Assembly: GCA_963676835.2 (NCBI GenBank)
Contig: CAXXFF010000002.1
Coordinates: 1,568,001 to 1,632,000 of the forward strand
Direction: 5' to 3'
Source of the DNA: Marispirochaeta sp.
GTDB taxonomy: Bacteria; Spirochaetota; Spirochaetia; JC444; Marispirochaetaceae
DNA: 64,000 nucleotides
A program made the position numbers and the translations under genes. Within the stretch, counting starts at the first letter, position 1, and each line of letters starts with the position of its first letter. The notes beneath the pieces were generated by a model, which was given only the letters and a program-made list of their open reading frames with translations, was not told where the DNA came from and made no database searches. Shown in pieces: positions 29,086-38,665 of the stretch.

Positions 29086-29959
29086 ACACATACTGTCTGT
29101 ACTGCTGCTTTCGGTACTTATTTTTCTTGTCAGCACAGGATGTTCCGGAAGCGAGGATAGTTCCTCATTTACCGGTCTGGTTGAAGGCCGGGTCTATGCC
29201 GTTTCTTCTCCTGTAACGGACAAGCTGCTTAAGCTTGAGGTTTCCGAAGGAGATGAGGTTACCGGAGAGATGGTTCTCGGTGCCATAGATACGGCTTCAC
29301 TTAAACTGCAGGAGTCTGCCCTCAGGGCAAAGGCGGAACAGGTGGAACTTCAGATGGAGGAGCTGAAGATAAACAGTGCCCAGGTGGAAGACACCCGGAA
29401 TTATTATAGAGATAACTATAGAAAAAATCTGGAGCTTCTGAAGGTTCAGGCTGTCTCTGACCAGACAGTGCGGGACCTCAAGCTGAATGCGGACAAATGG
29501 GAGCGGGAGCTTGCCGGCCTCGGTATAAAGGCCCGTACCCTGGAGCTGCAGCGGAAGGAATTGAATCTTCAGCTTGAGCAGCTGGCGCTCTCCATAAGTA
29601 AAGGGACGCTTGCGAGTCCGGCTTCAGGCTTCGTGGACAAGATATTCTATGAACCCGGGGAATTTGTCCCCGCCCTCCGCCCGGTAGTTCAGGTGGTCAG
29701 CCTTAATGATGTCTGGTGCTATGTCTATGTGGGAGAGGCGGAGATCGCATCTCTAACGCCCGGACAGGATGTTGAAGCCCGCCAGGGTGAAGCTTCCTTT
29801 GATGCCAGGGTGGAACACATAAACAGCCGTGCGGAATTTACCCCCAAGGAAGTTCTTACCAGTGATAACCGGGCTGCCCTGGTCTATGCTGTGAGGGTCG
29901 GTATTGACAACCCGGAAGGGATCCTCAAGCTGGGGATGCCGGTGGAGATAAGCTGGTAA
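29078..29959 (+). CDS. HlyD family periplasmic adaptor (YbhG-like)
   Basis: Lipoyl halves around a coiled coil; AEFTPKEV, LVYAVRV, LKLGMP. Confidence 0.9.
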   Translation: MNKHILSVLLLSVLIFLVSTGCSGSEDSSSFTGLVEGRVYAVSSPVTDKLLKLEVSEGDEVTGEMVLGAIDTASLKLQESALRAKAEQVELQMEELKINSAQVEDTRNYYRDNYRKNLELLKVQAVSDQTVRDLKLNADKWERELAGLGIKARTLELQRKELNLQLEQLALSISKGTLASPASGFVDKIFYEPGEFVPALRPVVQVVSLNDVWCYVYVGEAEIASLTPGQDVEARQGEASFDARVEHINSRAEFTPKEVLTSDNRAALVYAVRVGIDNPEGILKLGMPVEISW

Positions 29960-29963
29960 GTAT

Positions 29964-30914
29964 ATGGCTGAGGTAATTCAGGCTCGGAACCTTGCAAAAC
30001 GGTACGGCGGGGTCACCGCTCTGGCCGGAGTGGATATCGCCGCAGAAGAAGGGGAGATTACCGGGCTAATCGGCCCGGATGGAGCGGGCAAGTCCAGCTT
30101 TATGAAAATTCTTCTCGGGCTGATTCAGCGAGACGGCGGGGAGCTTGAGCTCTTCGTGTCCGACCCGGGTAAGGACCGGAATATAGTCCGCAGCAGGGCA
30201 GGCTATATGCCGGAGGTTTTCTCACTCTATACAGATCTTTCGGTTGAAGAGAATCTGCTCTTTTCCTTCAGAATCCATCGGGGTAAATCAGCCGATTTCA
30301 GTGAGAGACGGGACCGGCTGTACCGGTTCAACCGGCTGGAAAAGTTTTCCGGAGCACGGGCCGGCACCCTTTCGGGGGGAATGAAGCAGAAGCTGGCCCT
30401 TTCCTGTGCTTTAATGCACTCGCCTTCCGTCCTGGTTCTGGATGAGCCCACCACCGGAGTGGACCCCTTAAGCCGCCGGGAATTCTGGAGCATGCTCAAG
30501 GATCTTAAATCCCAGGGAATTACCATTCTTGTTTCAACTCCCTATATGGAGGAAGCTCTTCTCTGTGACCGTATCTATATGATCAATCAGGGGCATATTC
30601 TCTCCTCCGGAACCCCTTCCAGTCTTGTTGCTGATTTTCCCGGGATGGTCGTTGAGTTTATCCCCCGGGAAACTGCTCCCCAGATGCTCAGACGGAAGAT
30701 CTCTGAAGCTCTGCCGGAATATCCGGTTTTTCTTTCAGGCCGCAGGGTTCATGCTGTTCTGCCTGAAAAAAATGATCAGATTTATGAGTCCGTCCTTGGG
30801 CGTCTAACAGAAATACCTGCAGATATTCGCAGAATACAGCCGGATCTTGAGGATCTCTTTCTTGTTTCGGTACTGCAGCAGACGAAATCGGTCTTCACCG
30901 GGGAGGGGAAATGA
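29964..30914 (+). CDS. ABC transporter ATP-binding protein (YbhF-like)
   Basis: GPDGAGKS, LSGGMKQK, LDEPTTGVDP. Confidence 0.93.
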   Translation: MAEVIQARNLAKRYGGVTALAGVDIAAEEGEITGLIGPDGAGKSSFMKILLGLIQRDGGELELFVSDPGKDRNIVRSRAGYMPEVFSLYTDLSVEENLLFSFRIHRGKSADFSERRDRLYRFNRLEKFSGARAGTLSGGMKQKLALSCALMHSPSVLVLDEPTTGVDPLSRREFWSMLKDLKSQGITILVSTPYMEEALLCDRIYMINQGHILSSGTPSSLVADFPGMVVEFIPRETAPQMLRRKISEALPEYPVFLSGRRVHAVLPEKNDQIYESVLGRLTEIPADIRRIQPDLEDLFLVSVLQQTKSVFTGEGK

Positions 30915-31678
30915 TCAGCATCAGCAGCCTGAGCAAACGCTTCGGTCATTTTACCGCCGTTGACAATATCTCCTTTGCCGTAAAGCCCGGAGAGATCTTC
31001 GGCTTTCTCGGAGCAAACGGGGCGGGAAAAACAACCACAATCCGCATGATGTGCGGTCTTCTGTCGCCAACATCGGGGCAGATATTTTTTGAGGATGAAG
31101 ATGTAACCCGCAAACCGGAACATATCAAGCAGAACATAGGCTATATGTCCCAGAAATTCTCTCTTTATGGTGACCTTTCGGTGGAAGCCAATATCGACTT
31201 CTTTGGAGCAGTCTACGGCGTTGCAAAGGAGAGAATACAGCAGGAAAAAACAAGGCTGAAGAGCACTTTCGGCAGTGAAATCTCCCGGGGAACCGTTTCA
31301 CGGCTGCCCATGGGGTTTAAACAGCGGCTCGGCCTCTCCTGTGCTCTGCTCCATCAGCCGCCCCTGCTGTTTCTGGATGAACCTACCTCCGGAGTTGATC
31401 CTGCAGGACGCCGGGAGTTCTGGGAGGATATCTATGATATTTCAAGCCATGGGCGGACCGTACTGGTGACAACCCATTTTATGGATGAAGCAGAGTACTG
31501 CGACCGCATTGCCATAATGAGTTTCGGCAGGCTTATAGATCTGGATACCCCTGATGCAATCCGCGGTAAATACGGAGAGGAGACACTTAATGCTGCATTC
31601 ATCCGTGCGGTGGAAGAGGACCGAATCCGCAGAGAGCAGGGACGAGAGAAGGATATAGCGCAGGGGAGGGAGTCGTAA
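30911..31678 (+). CDS. ABC transporter ATP-binding protein (YbhF-like)
   Basis: GANGAGKT, LPMGFKQR, LDEPTSGVDP. Confidence 0.93.
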   Translation: MISISSLSKRFGHFTAVDNISFAVKPGEIFGFLGANGAGKTTTIRMMCGLLSPTSGQIFFEDEDVTRKPEHIKQNIGYMSQKFSLYGDLSVEANIDFFGAVYGVAKERIQQEKTRLKSTFGSEISRGTVSRLPMGFKQRLGLSCALLHQPPLLFLDEPTSGVDPAGRREFWEDIYDISSHGRTVLVTTHFMDEAEYCDRIAIMSFGRLIDLDTPDAIRGKYGEETLNAAFIRAVEEDRIRREQGREKDIAQGRES

Positions 31679-31681
31679 GTT

Positions 31682-32776
31682 ATGGGACTTTTCGGTATCA
31701 TCGCCAAGGAATTCAAACACATAACCCGGGACTACCGTACCCTGGCAGTCCTGTTTCTGCTTCCGATTCTAATGATGATTCTTTTCGGCTATGCAATGAC
31801 CCTGGAAATCAGCAATATCAAGCTGGTAATTGAGGATCAGGACAATTCTTATCAATCCAGGGAACTGATCAGAAGCTTTGCCGGAAGCAGTTTCTTTGTG
31901 CTGGTAAAGACGGATATTTCAGACCATACGGAAATATTCCAGCGCCGCCTCGCCCATGCCATTCTCACCATTCCCCGGGGCTATGCGGAGAATGCCGCCG
32001 CCGGCAGAGCACAGCCTGAGCTGAATTTGAGTATTGATGCCTCAGATTCCAACCGGGCGGTAATTATCCGTCAGTATATTACCGGGGTGATTACCCGCTC
32101 TATTGCAGGCGATACAATTGCCGCTTCTCCCTTAAGGGTTCTGCCTGCTTTTCTCTACAACCGGGAGCTTGAGAGTTCGTTCTTTTTTGTTCCGGGGCTT
32201 ACCGCTCTGCTGATTCTTATGGTCAGTGCTCTTCTTACCAGTCTCACCATAACACGGGAGAAGGAGCAGGGTACCTTCGATCTGATCAAACTTGCTCCTG
32301 TGCATGCCTTCGAAATTATCATAGGCAAGGTTCTGCCCTATCTGGTGCTGGCCATGTTTATCGGTTTTCTGATTCTTTTCTGCGGATTTTTCTTTTTCAG
32401 CATTCCCATGAGAGGCAGTGTGGTTGCATTGTTTTTTTATATTCTTCTCTACTGCCTTACGGGCCTCTCCTTCGGCATGCTCATTTCCACCGTAGCCGGA
32501 AGTCAGCAGGTGGCAATGATGATCTCCATGATGGCTACCATGCTGCCAACTCTGTTTCTGTCGGGCTTTATGTTTCAGCTGGCTGCCATGCCGAAACCGC
32601 TGCAGCTTCTCAGCTGGATTGTTCCGGCGAAATACTTCCTGGTCATTATCAGGGGGCTTATTCTGAAAGGGAATTCCCAGAGCGAACTGCTCTTTCAAAG
32701 CGGCATGCTGCTGCTGTTCAGCATGTTCTATCTTACCCTGGCCATACGCCGGTTCAGGCACTACCTGGAAAATTAG
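31682..32776 (+). CDS. ABC-2 permease (YbhS-like)
   Basis: KEFKHITRD, REKEQGT, GKVLPY, LSGF. Confidence 0.9.
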   Translation: MGLFGIIAKEFKHITRDYRTLAVLFLLPILMMILFGYAMTLEISNIKLVIEDQDNSYQSRELIRSFAGSSFFVLVKTDISDHTEIFQRRLAHAILTIPRGYAENAAAGRAQPELNLSIDASDSNRAVIIRQYITGVITRSIAGDTIAASPLRVLPAFLYNRELESSFFFVPGLTALLILMVSALLTSLTITREKEQGTFDLIKLAPVHAFEIIIGKVLPYLVLAMFIGFLILFCGFFFFSIPMRGSVVALFFYILLYCLTGLSFGMLISTVAGSQQVAMMISMMATMLPTLFLSGFMFQLAAMPKPLQLLSWIVPAKYFLVIIRGLILKGNSQSELLFQSGMLLLFSMFYLTLAIRRFRHYLEN

Positions 32777-32785
32777 GAGATACCC

Positions 32786-33904
32786 ATGAGACGACTCGGT
32801 GCAATGGTCAAGAAAGAGGTACTGCAGCTTTCCCGAGACAAGTTCTACCTTCGCTTTCTCCTTCTGGCACCGCTGCTGCAGCTGATTGTTCTGGGATTTT
32901 CCCTGACCATGGAGACTGTTAATGTTCCCACTCTGATCTGTGACATGGAAAACTCAAGCTTAAGCAGGGAGCTTGTACGCAGTATCAGTACCAACGACCG
33001 CTTCAGTATCCGGGGGCAAGTCTACACCTATGAGGAACTGGAAGCCGGTATTCACAGCTGGAAGGCCAGTCTTGGACTGTATATACCGCCGGATTTTTCC
33101 TCCCGTATGGAAAAGGAAGGATTCGGTGAGGTTCAGGTTCTGATGGATGCGGTGGACGGCAACAAGGCCCTGACCGCCTACGGATACATTCAGCAGATTT
33201 TTGCCGGGGAAGGGGTGCGGATAGCCGGGGAAAACAGCAGCGGGATAGCCGGCACAACTCCTCTGCCCGCGGTGAGTCATCATTATCTTTTTAATCCGGA
33301 ACTTAAGAATGAAGCCTTTATGGTGCCCGGGGTAGTTGTGGTTATTCTTACTATTATTACCCTGCTTATAGGCTCAATGTCCCTTGTCCGGGAGAAAGAG
33401 ACGGGAACACTGGAGCAGCTTTCGGTTACGCCCATCAGAAAGGGAGAACTGATCCTGGGCAAGATGCTTCCTTTTCTTATCTATTCGTTTATAGAAGTGG
33501 TTATTATTCTGAAGGTAGCCTCGCTGATTTTTCATCTGCAGCTGGCGGGGAATGTTTTTCAGCTCTACCTGGCGGTGCTGCTCTATCTGTTCAGTACCCT
33601 GGGGCTGGGCCTGCTGGTATCGACTATTGCCTCAACCCAGCAGCAGGCTCTGTTTATTGCCTGGTTTTTCATGGTTTTTCTTATGCTCTTAAGCGGCTTT
33701 TTCATTTCCATTGAAAACATGCCCATCTGGCTTCAGCGTATTACCCTTATCAATCCTCTGCGTTATATGATGACCGTGGTCCGGGAAATTTATCTCAAGG
33801 CAACACCGCTTAAATTCATGATGGATCAGCTGCTTCCCCTGGCATTTCTCGGCGGGGGTATCTTCGGGCTGAGTATCTTTGCCTTCAGGAAGAAGGCGAA
33901 ATAA
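32786..33904 (+). CDS. ABC-2 permease (YbhR-like)
   Basis: REKETGTLEQLSVTPI, GKMLPF, NPLRY. Confidence 0.9.
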   Translation: MRRLGAMVKKEVLQLSRDKFYLRFLLLAPLLQLIVLGFSLTMETVNVPTLICDMENSSLSRELVRSISTNDRFSIRGQVYTYEELEAGIHSWKASLGLYIPPDFSSRMEKEGFGEVQVLMDAVDGNKALTAYGYIQQIFAGEGVRIAGENSSGIAGTTPLPAVSHHYLFNPELKNEAFMVPGVVVVILTIITLLIGSMSLVREKETGTLEQLSVTPIRKGELILGKMLPFLIYSFIEVVIILKVASLIFHLQLAGNVFQLYLAVLLYLFSTLGLGLLVSTIASTQQQALFIAWFFMVFLMLLSGFFISIENMPIWLQRITLINPLRYMMTVVREIYLKATPLKFMMDQLLPLAFLGGGIFGLSIFAFRKKAK

Positions 33905-33942
33905 AGGCTTATTGAGTATAAAAAGAGAATAAAAAAGAGAAC

Positions 33943-33984
33943 AAAAAAAGCGGAGGCACCAGTCCTCCGCTTTATGTTTTTTTC
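33943..33984. terminator. Bidirectional intrinsic terminator
   Basis: A-run, AAAGCGGAGG/CCTCCGCTTT stem, T-run; between convergent genes. Confidence 0.85.
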
Positions 33985-34001
33985 GTTCTCTTCCTGTGGA
34001 A

Positions 34002-34889
34002 TTAAAGCAGTTCCATCCCTTTCAGGATCTTAACAAGCTGCTCTTTTTCTTCAGAACTCATGGGTCCAACCGGATCATAGCAGGGGCCTGCTTCGATTCC
34101 GAGGAGTTCCAGTGCTTCCTTGATAACTGTGGGGAAGGTTCCAAGAGCAAAGGCAATTCTTAAGGGAGCCAGTTTAAACTGGGATTCCAGAGAACCTTTA
34201 ATGTCTCCCGCCATGTATTTGTCATAAATATCGGCACAGATCCGGGGAGCTACGTTGGCACAGGCCGCAACAGCACCGGCTCCGCCGTAGCAGAGGTTTG
34301 CATGGATCAGGGTGTCCCGTCCGATCATTACATCAAAGTCTTTATCCAGAGTTCTGCGGATACACTCTGCAGTGTTGGTCATGTCTCCGGAGGAGTCCTT
34401 GATTCCGATGATGTTTTTAACATCCGCAAGCTTCTCAACAGTTGCAGGATTCAGGGCAACGTGAGTCTTGGGGCGGTTATCATAGAGCAGAATGTTAAGG
34501 TCGGTACTTGCAGCAATGTCAGTAAAGTGTTTAATGAGCTGATCCTGGCTGGGACTGATAAACAGGGGAGTAAGCACAGAGAGAGCATCAACCCCGACTT
34601 CCTGGGCAATCTGGGCAAGTTCAATACTTCCCCGGGTTGTGATGTGGTTTGCACCTGCATACACGGGGACACGGCCTGCAACCTGATCCTTGGTAATCTC
34701 AAGAATCATGCGGTATTCATCATTGGAAAGACAGTAGAATTCTCCTGTTGTTCCAATGGCGAAAATTCCGTGAACTCCGCCGTCGATAAGAAAGTCGACC
34801 AGCTTTCTCAGGGCTTTTTCGTTTACATTCCCCTCTTTTGTCAGGGGAGTGATCATTGCAGGCAGAACGCCGCTGGGTTTAATACTCAT
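34002..34889 (-). CDS. DHDPS/NAL-family class I aldolase (DapA-like)
   Basis: GTTGE, LLYD, Schiff-base GIKDSSGD; AGGAG RBS before ATG 34889. Confidence 0.88.
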   Translation of the reverse strand: MSIKPSGVLPAMITPLTKEGNVNEKALRKLVDFLIDGGVHGIFAIGTTGEFYCLSNDEYRMILEITKDQVAGRVPVYAGANHITTRGSIELAQIAQEVGVDALSVLTPLFISPSQDQLIKHFTDIAASTDLNILLYDNRPKTHVALNPATVEKLADVKNIIGIKDSSGDMTNTAECIRRTLDKDFDVMIGRDTLIHANLCYGGAGAVAACANVAPRICADIYDKYMAGDIKGSLESQFKLAPLRIAFALGTFPTVIKEALELLGIEAGPCYDPVGPMSSEEKEQLVKILKGMELL

Positions 34890-34930
34890 GGTATAGATCT
34901 CCTGGGTGGGTGTATTTTTTAGTATATCTC

Positions 34931-35083
34931 TTGTATACAAAATAGAGATATGCGCATATCATAACTGGTGCATCAGTTGTTGTCAATTAAATGTCTATAC
35001 CTTTTTGGGGGAGATAAGGGTGTCTGGCATTAAAACTGATGTATCAGATTCCAGTTGACTCAGATTTAGAACATGTTTAGACT
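34931..35083. promoter_or_regulatory. Divergent promoters with GntR/FadR-type operators
   Basis: Minus strand: TTGACA-17-TATGAT (34986-34958) with AACTGATGCACCAGTT in its spacer and the palindrome TTGTATACAA at 34931-34940. Plus strand: AACTGATGTATCAGAT (35034-35049), then TTGACT-17-TAGACT. Confidence 0.75.
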
Positions 35084-35125
35084 GAGCAACCGAAAATACA
35101 AACAAATAATACAGGGAGTGTAATT

Positions 35126-36193
35126 ATGGCTGGAGTTGATAGCGGTGTATTGTTTCCTTACAAAGAATTGAAAGAGTGGACCGGGAACTGTTTTTCCTCC
35201 GTAGGTGTGTCGGAAAAGGATGCTGAGATCCTGGCGGACTCAATGCTCGACGCAAATCTTCGAGGAGTTGATACCCATGGTATTACCCGGATGCTGGTTA
35301 CCTATGTAAAACGTATTCAGGTTGGAGTTATGAGTGCCGAGACCAAACTCGAAGTGGTCCGGGAGCGGGCAGGTACTGCTCTGGTTGAGTGTAACAACGG
35401 TATAGGCCAGGTGGCATCCGATTATGCCATGGATCTTGCGATCAAAAAAGCGAAGGATGCGGGAACCTCATTTGTGCTTACCCGCCACTCAAACCACTAC
35501 GGCGCTGCCGCCTACTGGTCGATGAAGGCCCTTGAGCATGGTATGATCGGATTCTCAGCAACAAATGGTCCCGCTTCGGTTGCTCCCTATGGCGGAACGG
35601 AAAAGATGCTTGGCACCAACCCATTCTCGGTAGCCATACCTGCAGATAAGGAACTTCCCTTTGTTCTCGACCTGGCAACAACAGTTGTAGCGCTGGGACG
35701 GATTTATCTCTATGCAAAGCAGGATCGGCCCCTGGAGCCCGGCTGGGCCTACGACTCCACCGGTAAGCCGACAACCAATCCCCACGAAGCGTTGAAGGGC
35801 CTGCTGGCACCTATCGGCGGATATAAGGGATATGGAATTGCCCTTGCAATTGATATGATTTCCGGAATCTTGAGCGGATCCACCTACGGTGCCCATTTCC
35901 CCGGCTTTCTTGCCCAGAACATGGAAGAGCCTACCGACGTGGGAAGTATCTTTGCTGCCATCGATATTGAGAGCTTCATGGACCTGAAGGAGTTCAAAGA
36001 GGGTATGGATACTGCCATTAAAGAGATCAAGGCATGTAAAAAGGCCGAGGGTGTAGACCGTATCTATATTCCCGGAGAGATAGAGTTTGCTCTCAGTGAA
36101 AAACGGATGGCCGAAGGAATTCCTGTACCCGAACAGGTTGTAGCGGATTTCCGGACGCTTGGCGCAGATCTGGGCGTTCCCTTTCTGAAATAA
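35126..36193 (+). CDS. Ldh2-family oxidoreductase (malate/lactate/ureidoglycolate dehydrogenase type 2)
   Basis: RGVDTHG, SNHYG, GTNPFS, DLATT, GGYKGYG, YIPGE. Confidence 0.92.
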   Translation: MAGVDSGVLFPYKELKEWTGNCFSSVGVSEKDAEILADSMLDANLRGVDTHGITRMLVTYVKRIQVGVMSAETKLEVVRERAGTALVECNNGIGQVASDYAMDLAIKKAKDAGTSFVLTRHSNHYGAAAYWSMKALEHGMIGFSATNGPASVAPYGGTEKMLGTNPFSVAIPADKELPFVLDLATTVVALGRIYLYAKQDRPLEPGWAYDSTGKPTTNPHEALKGLLAPIGGYKGYGIALAIDMISGILSGSTYGAHFPGFLAQNMEEPTDVGSIFAAIDIESFMDLKEFKEGMDTAIKEIKACKKAEGVDRIYIPGEIEFALSEKRMAEGIPVPEQVVADFRTLGADLGVPFLK

Positions 36194-36323
36194 ACTCACA
36201 TATAAAAACCTGATCTCATACTCCCGGGAATCGGCTGCAAGTTTTGCGGTTGATTCCCGGATTGTTTAACAATTTTTAAAGAGCTATACTCAACGCAGTA
36301 TCAGGGTTTAATGGAGACCGGAA

Positions 36324-37040
36324 TTGGCAAACAAAGACATCAGGGACAGCGCTTCCAAATCAGAAAACGATCTTCTTTTTGTTCTGGTTTCCTATATCCG
36401 GGATAACAATCTCGGCCCGGGAGAAAAGCTGCCTCCCATTCGTACCCTGGCACAGGTCTGGAATGTCTCTCCCAGTGTAGTCCGCTCGGTGCTTATCAAG
36501 GCATCCCTTGTGGGCTTTATCGAGATGGTCCAGGGCTCCGGCTGTTTTGTTAAAAACATTGAGCTGTCATCCATGACAGTTATGTTTACCCTGCTGTTCA
36601 AAACAACCATGATTCTTCAGAACTCCCAGTTTATAAATCTCTATGAGATTAAAGCAGCCGTGGAAGCTGCCATGTTTCGAACCGCAGCGAGGACCAGGAC
36701 TACCGAAGAGGTCTATAAACTGAAGAATATCCTGATCGAAATGAATAAAGTTGAAAAAGAAGATGATAACAATATCAAAATAGCCCTGGATGATAATTTT
36801 CATATAACCATTGCCAGGATGACACGAAACCCTCTCTATGAAACCCTGGTCACCTCCACTCAGCTGCTCCTCCGGGAAGATCGGCTTGGCAACGGACCAA
36901 GTGTCGGATATATCGAGCGGCATATTAAACTGTATGAAGCGATCCGTGATGGTGATGAAGAAGCTGCGGAAAAGCTGGGGAAAACGCACAGTGATTCCCG
37001 GAGAAAGTTGCTGACGAGTCTCGACGGATATATGGACTGA
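36324..37040 (+). CDS. FadR/GntR family regulator (FCD)
   Basis: PGEKLPPIRTLA..VS.SVVR..QGSGCFV; D..FH.TIA..TRNPL. Confidence 0.85.
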   Translation: MANKDIRDSASKSENDLLFVLVSYIRDNNLGPGEKLPPIRTLAQVWNVSPSVVRSVLIKASLVGFIEMVQGSGCFVKNIELSSMTVMFTLLFKTTMILQNSQFINLYEIKAAVEAAMFRTAARTRTTEEVYKLKNILIEMNKVEKEDDNNIKIALDDNFHITIARMTRNPLYETLVTSTQLLLREDRLGNGPSVGYIERHIKLYEAIRDGDEEAAEKLGKTHSDSRRKLLTSLDGYMD

Positions 37041-37115
37041 GTCCTTTTTTCCTGCTCCTTTATCTTCCCGGTCTAAGAATTCATCAATTAAAACGGCATA
37101 AATCAATAATAATTT

Positions 37116-37166
37116 AACTGATGTATCAGATATAAGTTGACGGAATTTTTAAACTCATGTTACGAT
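37116..37166 (+). promoter_or_regulatory. Operator plus promoter of the transporter/dehydratase operon
   Basis: AACTGATGTATCAGAT, identical to 35034-35049, lies 5 nt before TTGACG-18-TACGAT. Confidence 0.75.
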
Positions 37167-37241
37167 TCGCCTAATTGTTTATCAATTAGCCATAGAGATT
37201 ATGTTATGTGGCGAAAACTAAGGCATTTCGGAGGAATTGGA

Positions 37242-38567
37242 ATGGTTGCAAGTGGTTCAAAGGTAATGAAGGAGAAGATATACGGTATTCCGCTGCCCTA
37301 TTATGTTCTCATCGTAGGAGTAATCGTAGCTGGCTTAATGCTGGAGATGCTGCCCAATAACATGGTAGTCGGTTTCACCATGTGTATGGCATTCGGTACG
37401 CTGTTCAACTATATCGGGAACAAGATCCCCGGCCTGAACAGGTTCGGCGGTGGAACTATTCTGGCGGTTCTGGGGCCATCACTGCTGCTCTATTTTGGAA
37501 TACTTCCGGCGGGTGCCAAGGATATAGCGAAAAACTTTTTCAGCGGCTACGGCTTTTCCCACCTGATTATTGCAAGCCTTATTGTGGGAAGTATTCTTTC
37601 CATGAAAAGGGATATTCTGATTAAAGCGGGAGTGCGCTTCTTTATTCCCCTTGTAGGAACCCTGCTGTTTGTTGTGCTTATGACCGGAGTCTTCGGCGCA
37701 ATCTTCGGATACGGCTTTGCCGAGGGTGCACTGTTTGTTGCCGGTCCGATTATGGGCGCGGGAATGGGAATGTCTGCAATCCCTCTGTCAGAAGTATATG
37801 CAGGCCTTACGGGTAATCCGGCGGATTCCTTTCTTACTACCCTGGCCGCATCTGTGCTTATCGCCAATATTCTTACCATTATCGCAGCAGCCATACTTGG
37901 AAGCCTTGGAAAAATGAACCCCAACATGTTCTTCAAGGGATTTTCCGGAGAGGGCCGGGTTCTTCGTTCCGAAGGTGCAGACCTGGAAGGTGCGGATTAT
38001 GACGACGGTGATGAAAGCACCAACTCAACCACCTTTAATCAGCTGGGAGTCGGGTTCCTGACCACCGGTGCAATCTATGCCGGCGGCATTATGCTGGGAA
38101 AACTATTTCCCACCTTTCATGCATTCCTCTGGATGGTCGTACTTGCCTCAATTGCCAAGATCTTCAGTGTTTTCGGATCTGAAATTGATGAGAGCTGCGG
38201 TCAGTGGGGCAGGTTCATGACCAAGGTTCTGGCATCCGCCATGCTTGCATCCATCAGTCTTTCAATGATTGACATCGGACAGATCCTGGGACTCCTCACA
38301 GACATCCGCTTTGTCGGTCTCTGTATGGTAACTGTGTTCGGAGCAATTATCGTTGCCGGCGGTCTCGGTTACCTCATGGGCTTCTACTTTGTGGAAAGCG
38401 CCATTATGGCCGGTATCGGTCTTGCGGATATGGGTGGAGCAGGAGATGTGGCCGTACTCGCTGCTGCCAACAGATACAATCTTCTCCCCTTTCTGCAGAT
38501 CTCTTCCCGAATCGGAGGAGCACTGAATATTTTCTTTATCACTCTTCTGGCCCAGTGGACCATGTAG
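37242..38567 (+). CDS. 2-hydroxycarboxylate transporter (CitS/MaeN, 2HCT family)
   Basis: LIVGSILSM.R, PIMGAGMG..AIPLS, MGGAGDVAVL.A.NR..L.PF.QISSRIGGA. Confidence 0.9.
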   Translation: MVASGSKVMKEKIYGIPLPYYVLIVGVIVAGLMLEMLPNNMVVGFTMCMAFGTLFNYIGNKIPGLNRFGGGTILAVLGPSLLLYFGILPAGAKDIAKNFFSGYGFSHLIIASLIVGSILSMKRDILIKAGVRFFIPLVGTLLFVVLMTGVFGAIFGYGFAEGALFVAGPIMGAGMGMSAIPLSEVYAGLTGNPADSFLTTLAASVLIANILTIIAAAILGSLGKMNPNMFFKGFSGEGRVLRSEGADLEGADYDDGDESTNSTTFNQLGVGFLTTGAIYAGGIMLGKLFPTFHAFLWMVVLASIAKIFSVFGSEIDESCGQWGRFMTKVLASAMLASISLSMIDIGQILGLLTDIRFVGLCMVTVFGAIIVAGGLGYLMGFYFVESAIMAGIGLADMGGAGDVAVLAAANRYNLLPFLQISSRIGGALNIFFITLLAQWTM

Positions 38568-38665
38568 CACCGCTGAATTTACGAAGACTCTGACAATAGT
38601 TCAGCCTGTTCCCCGGTAAACACCGGGGCAGGCTGAGCTTCCCGGAATTTTTAAGGAATAAGACT

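Noticed and set aside
27122..33904. TetR-TolC-HlyD-ABC cassette as a novel system
   Set aside because: It matches the widespread YbhGFSR-type exporter; a split ATPase pair is common
33918..33950. Short tandem repeat TAAAAAGAGAA-like, about three copies
   Set aside because: Low-complexity A-rich flank of a bidirectional terminator; there are no spacers, so it is not CRISPR
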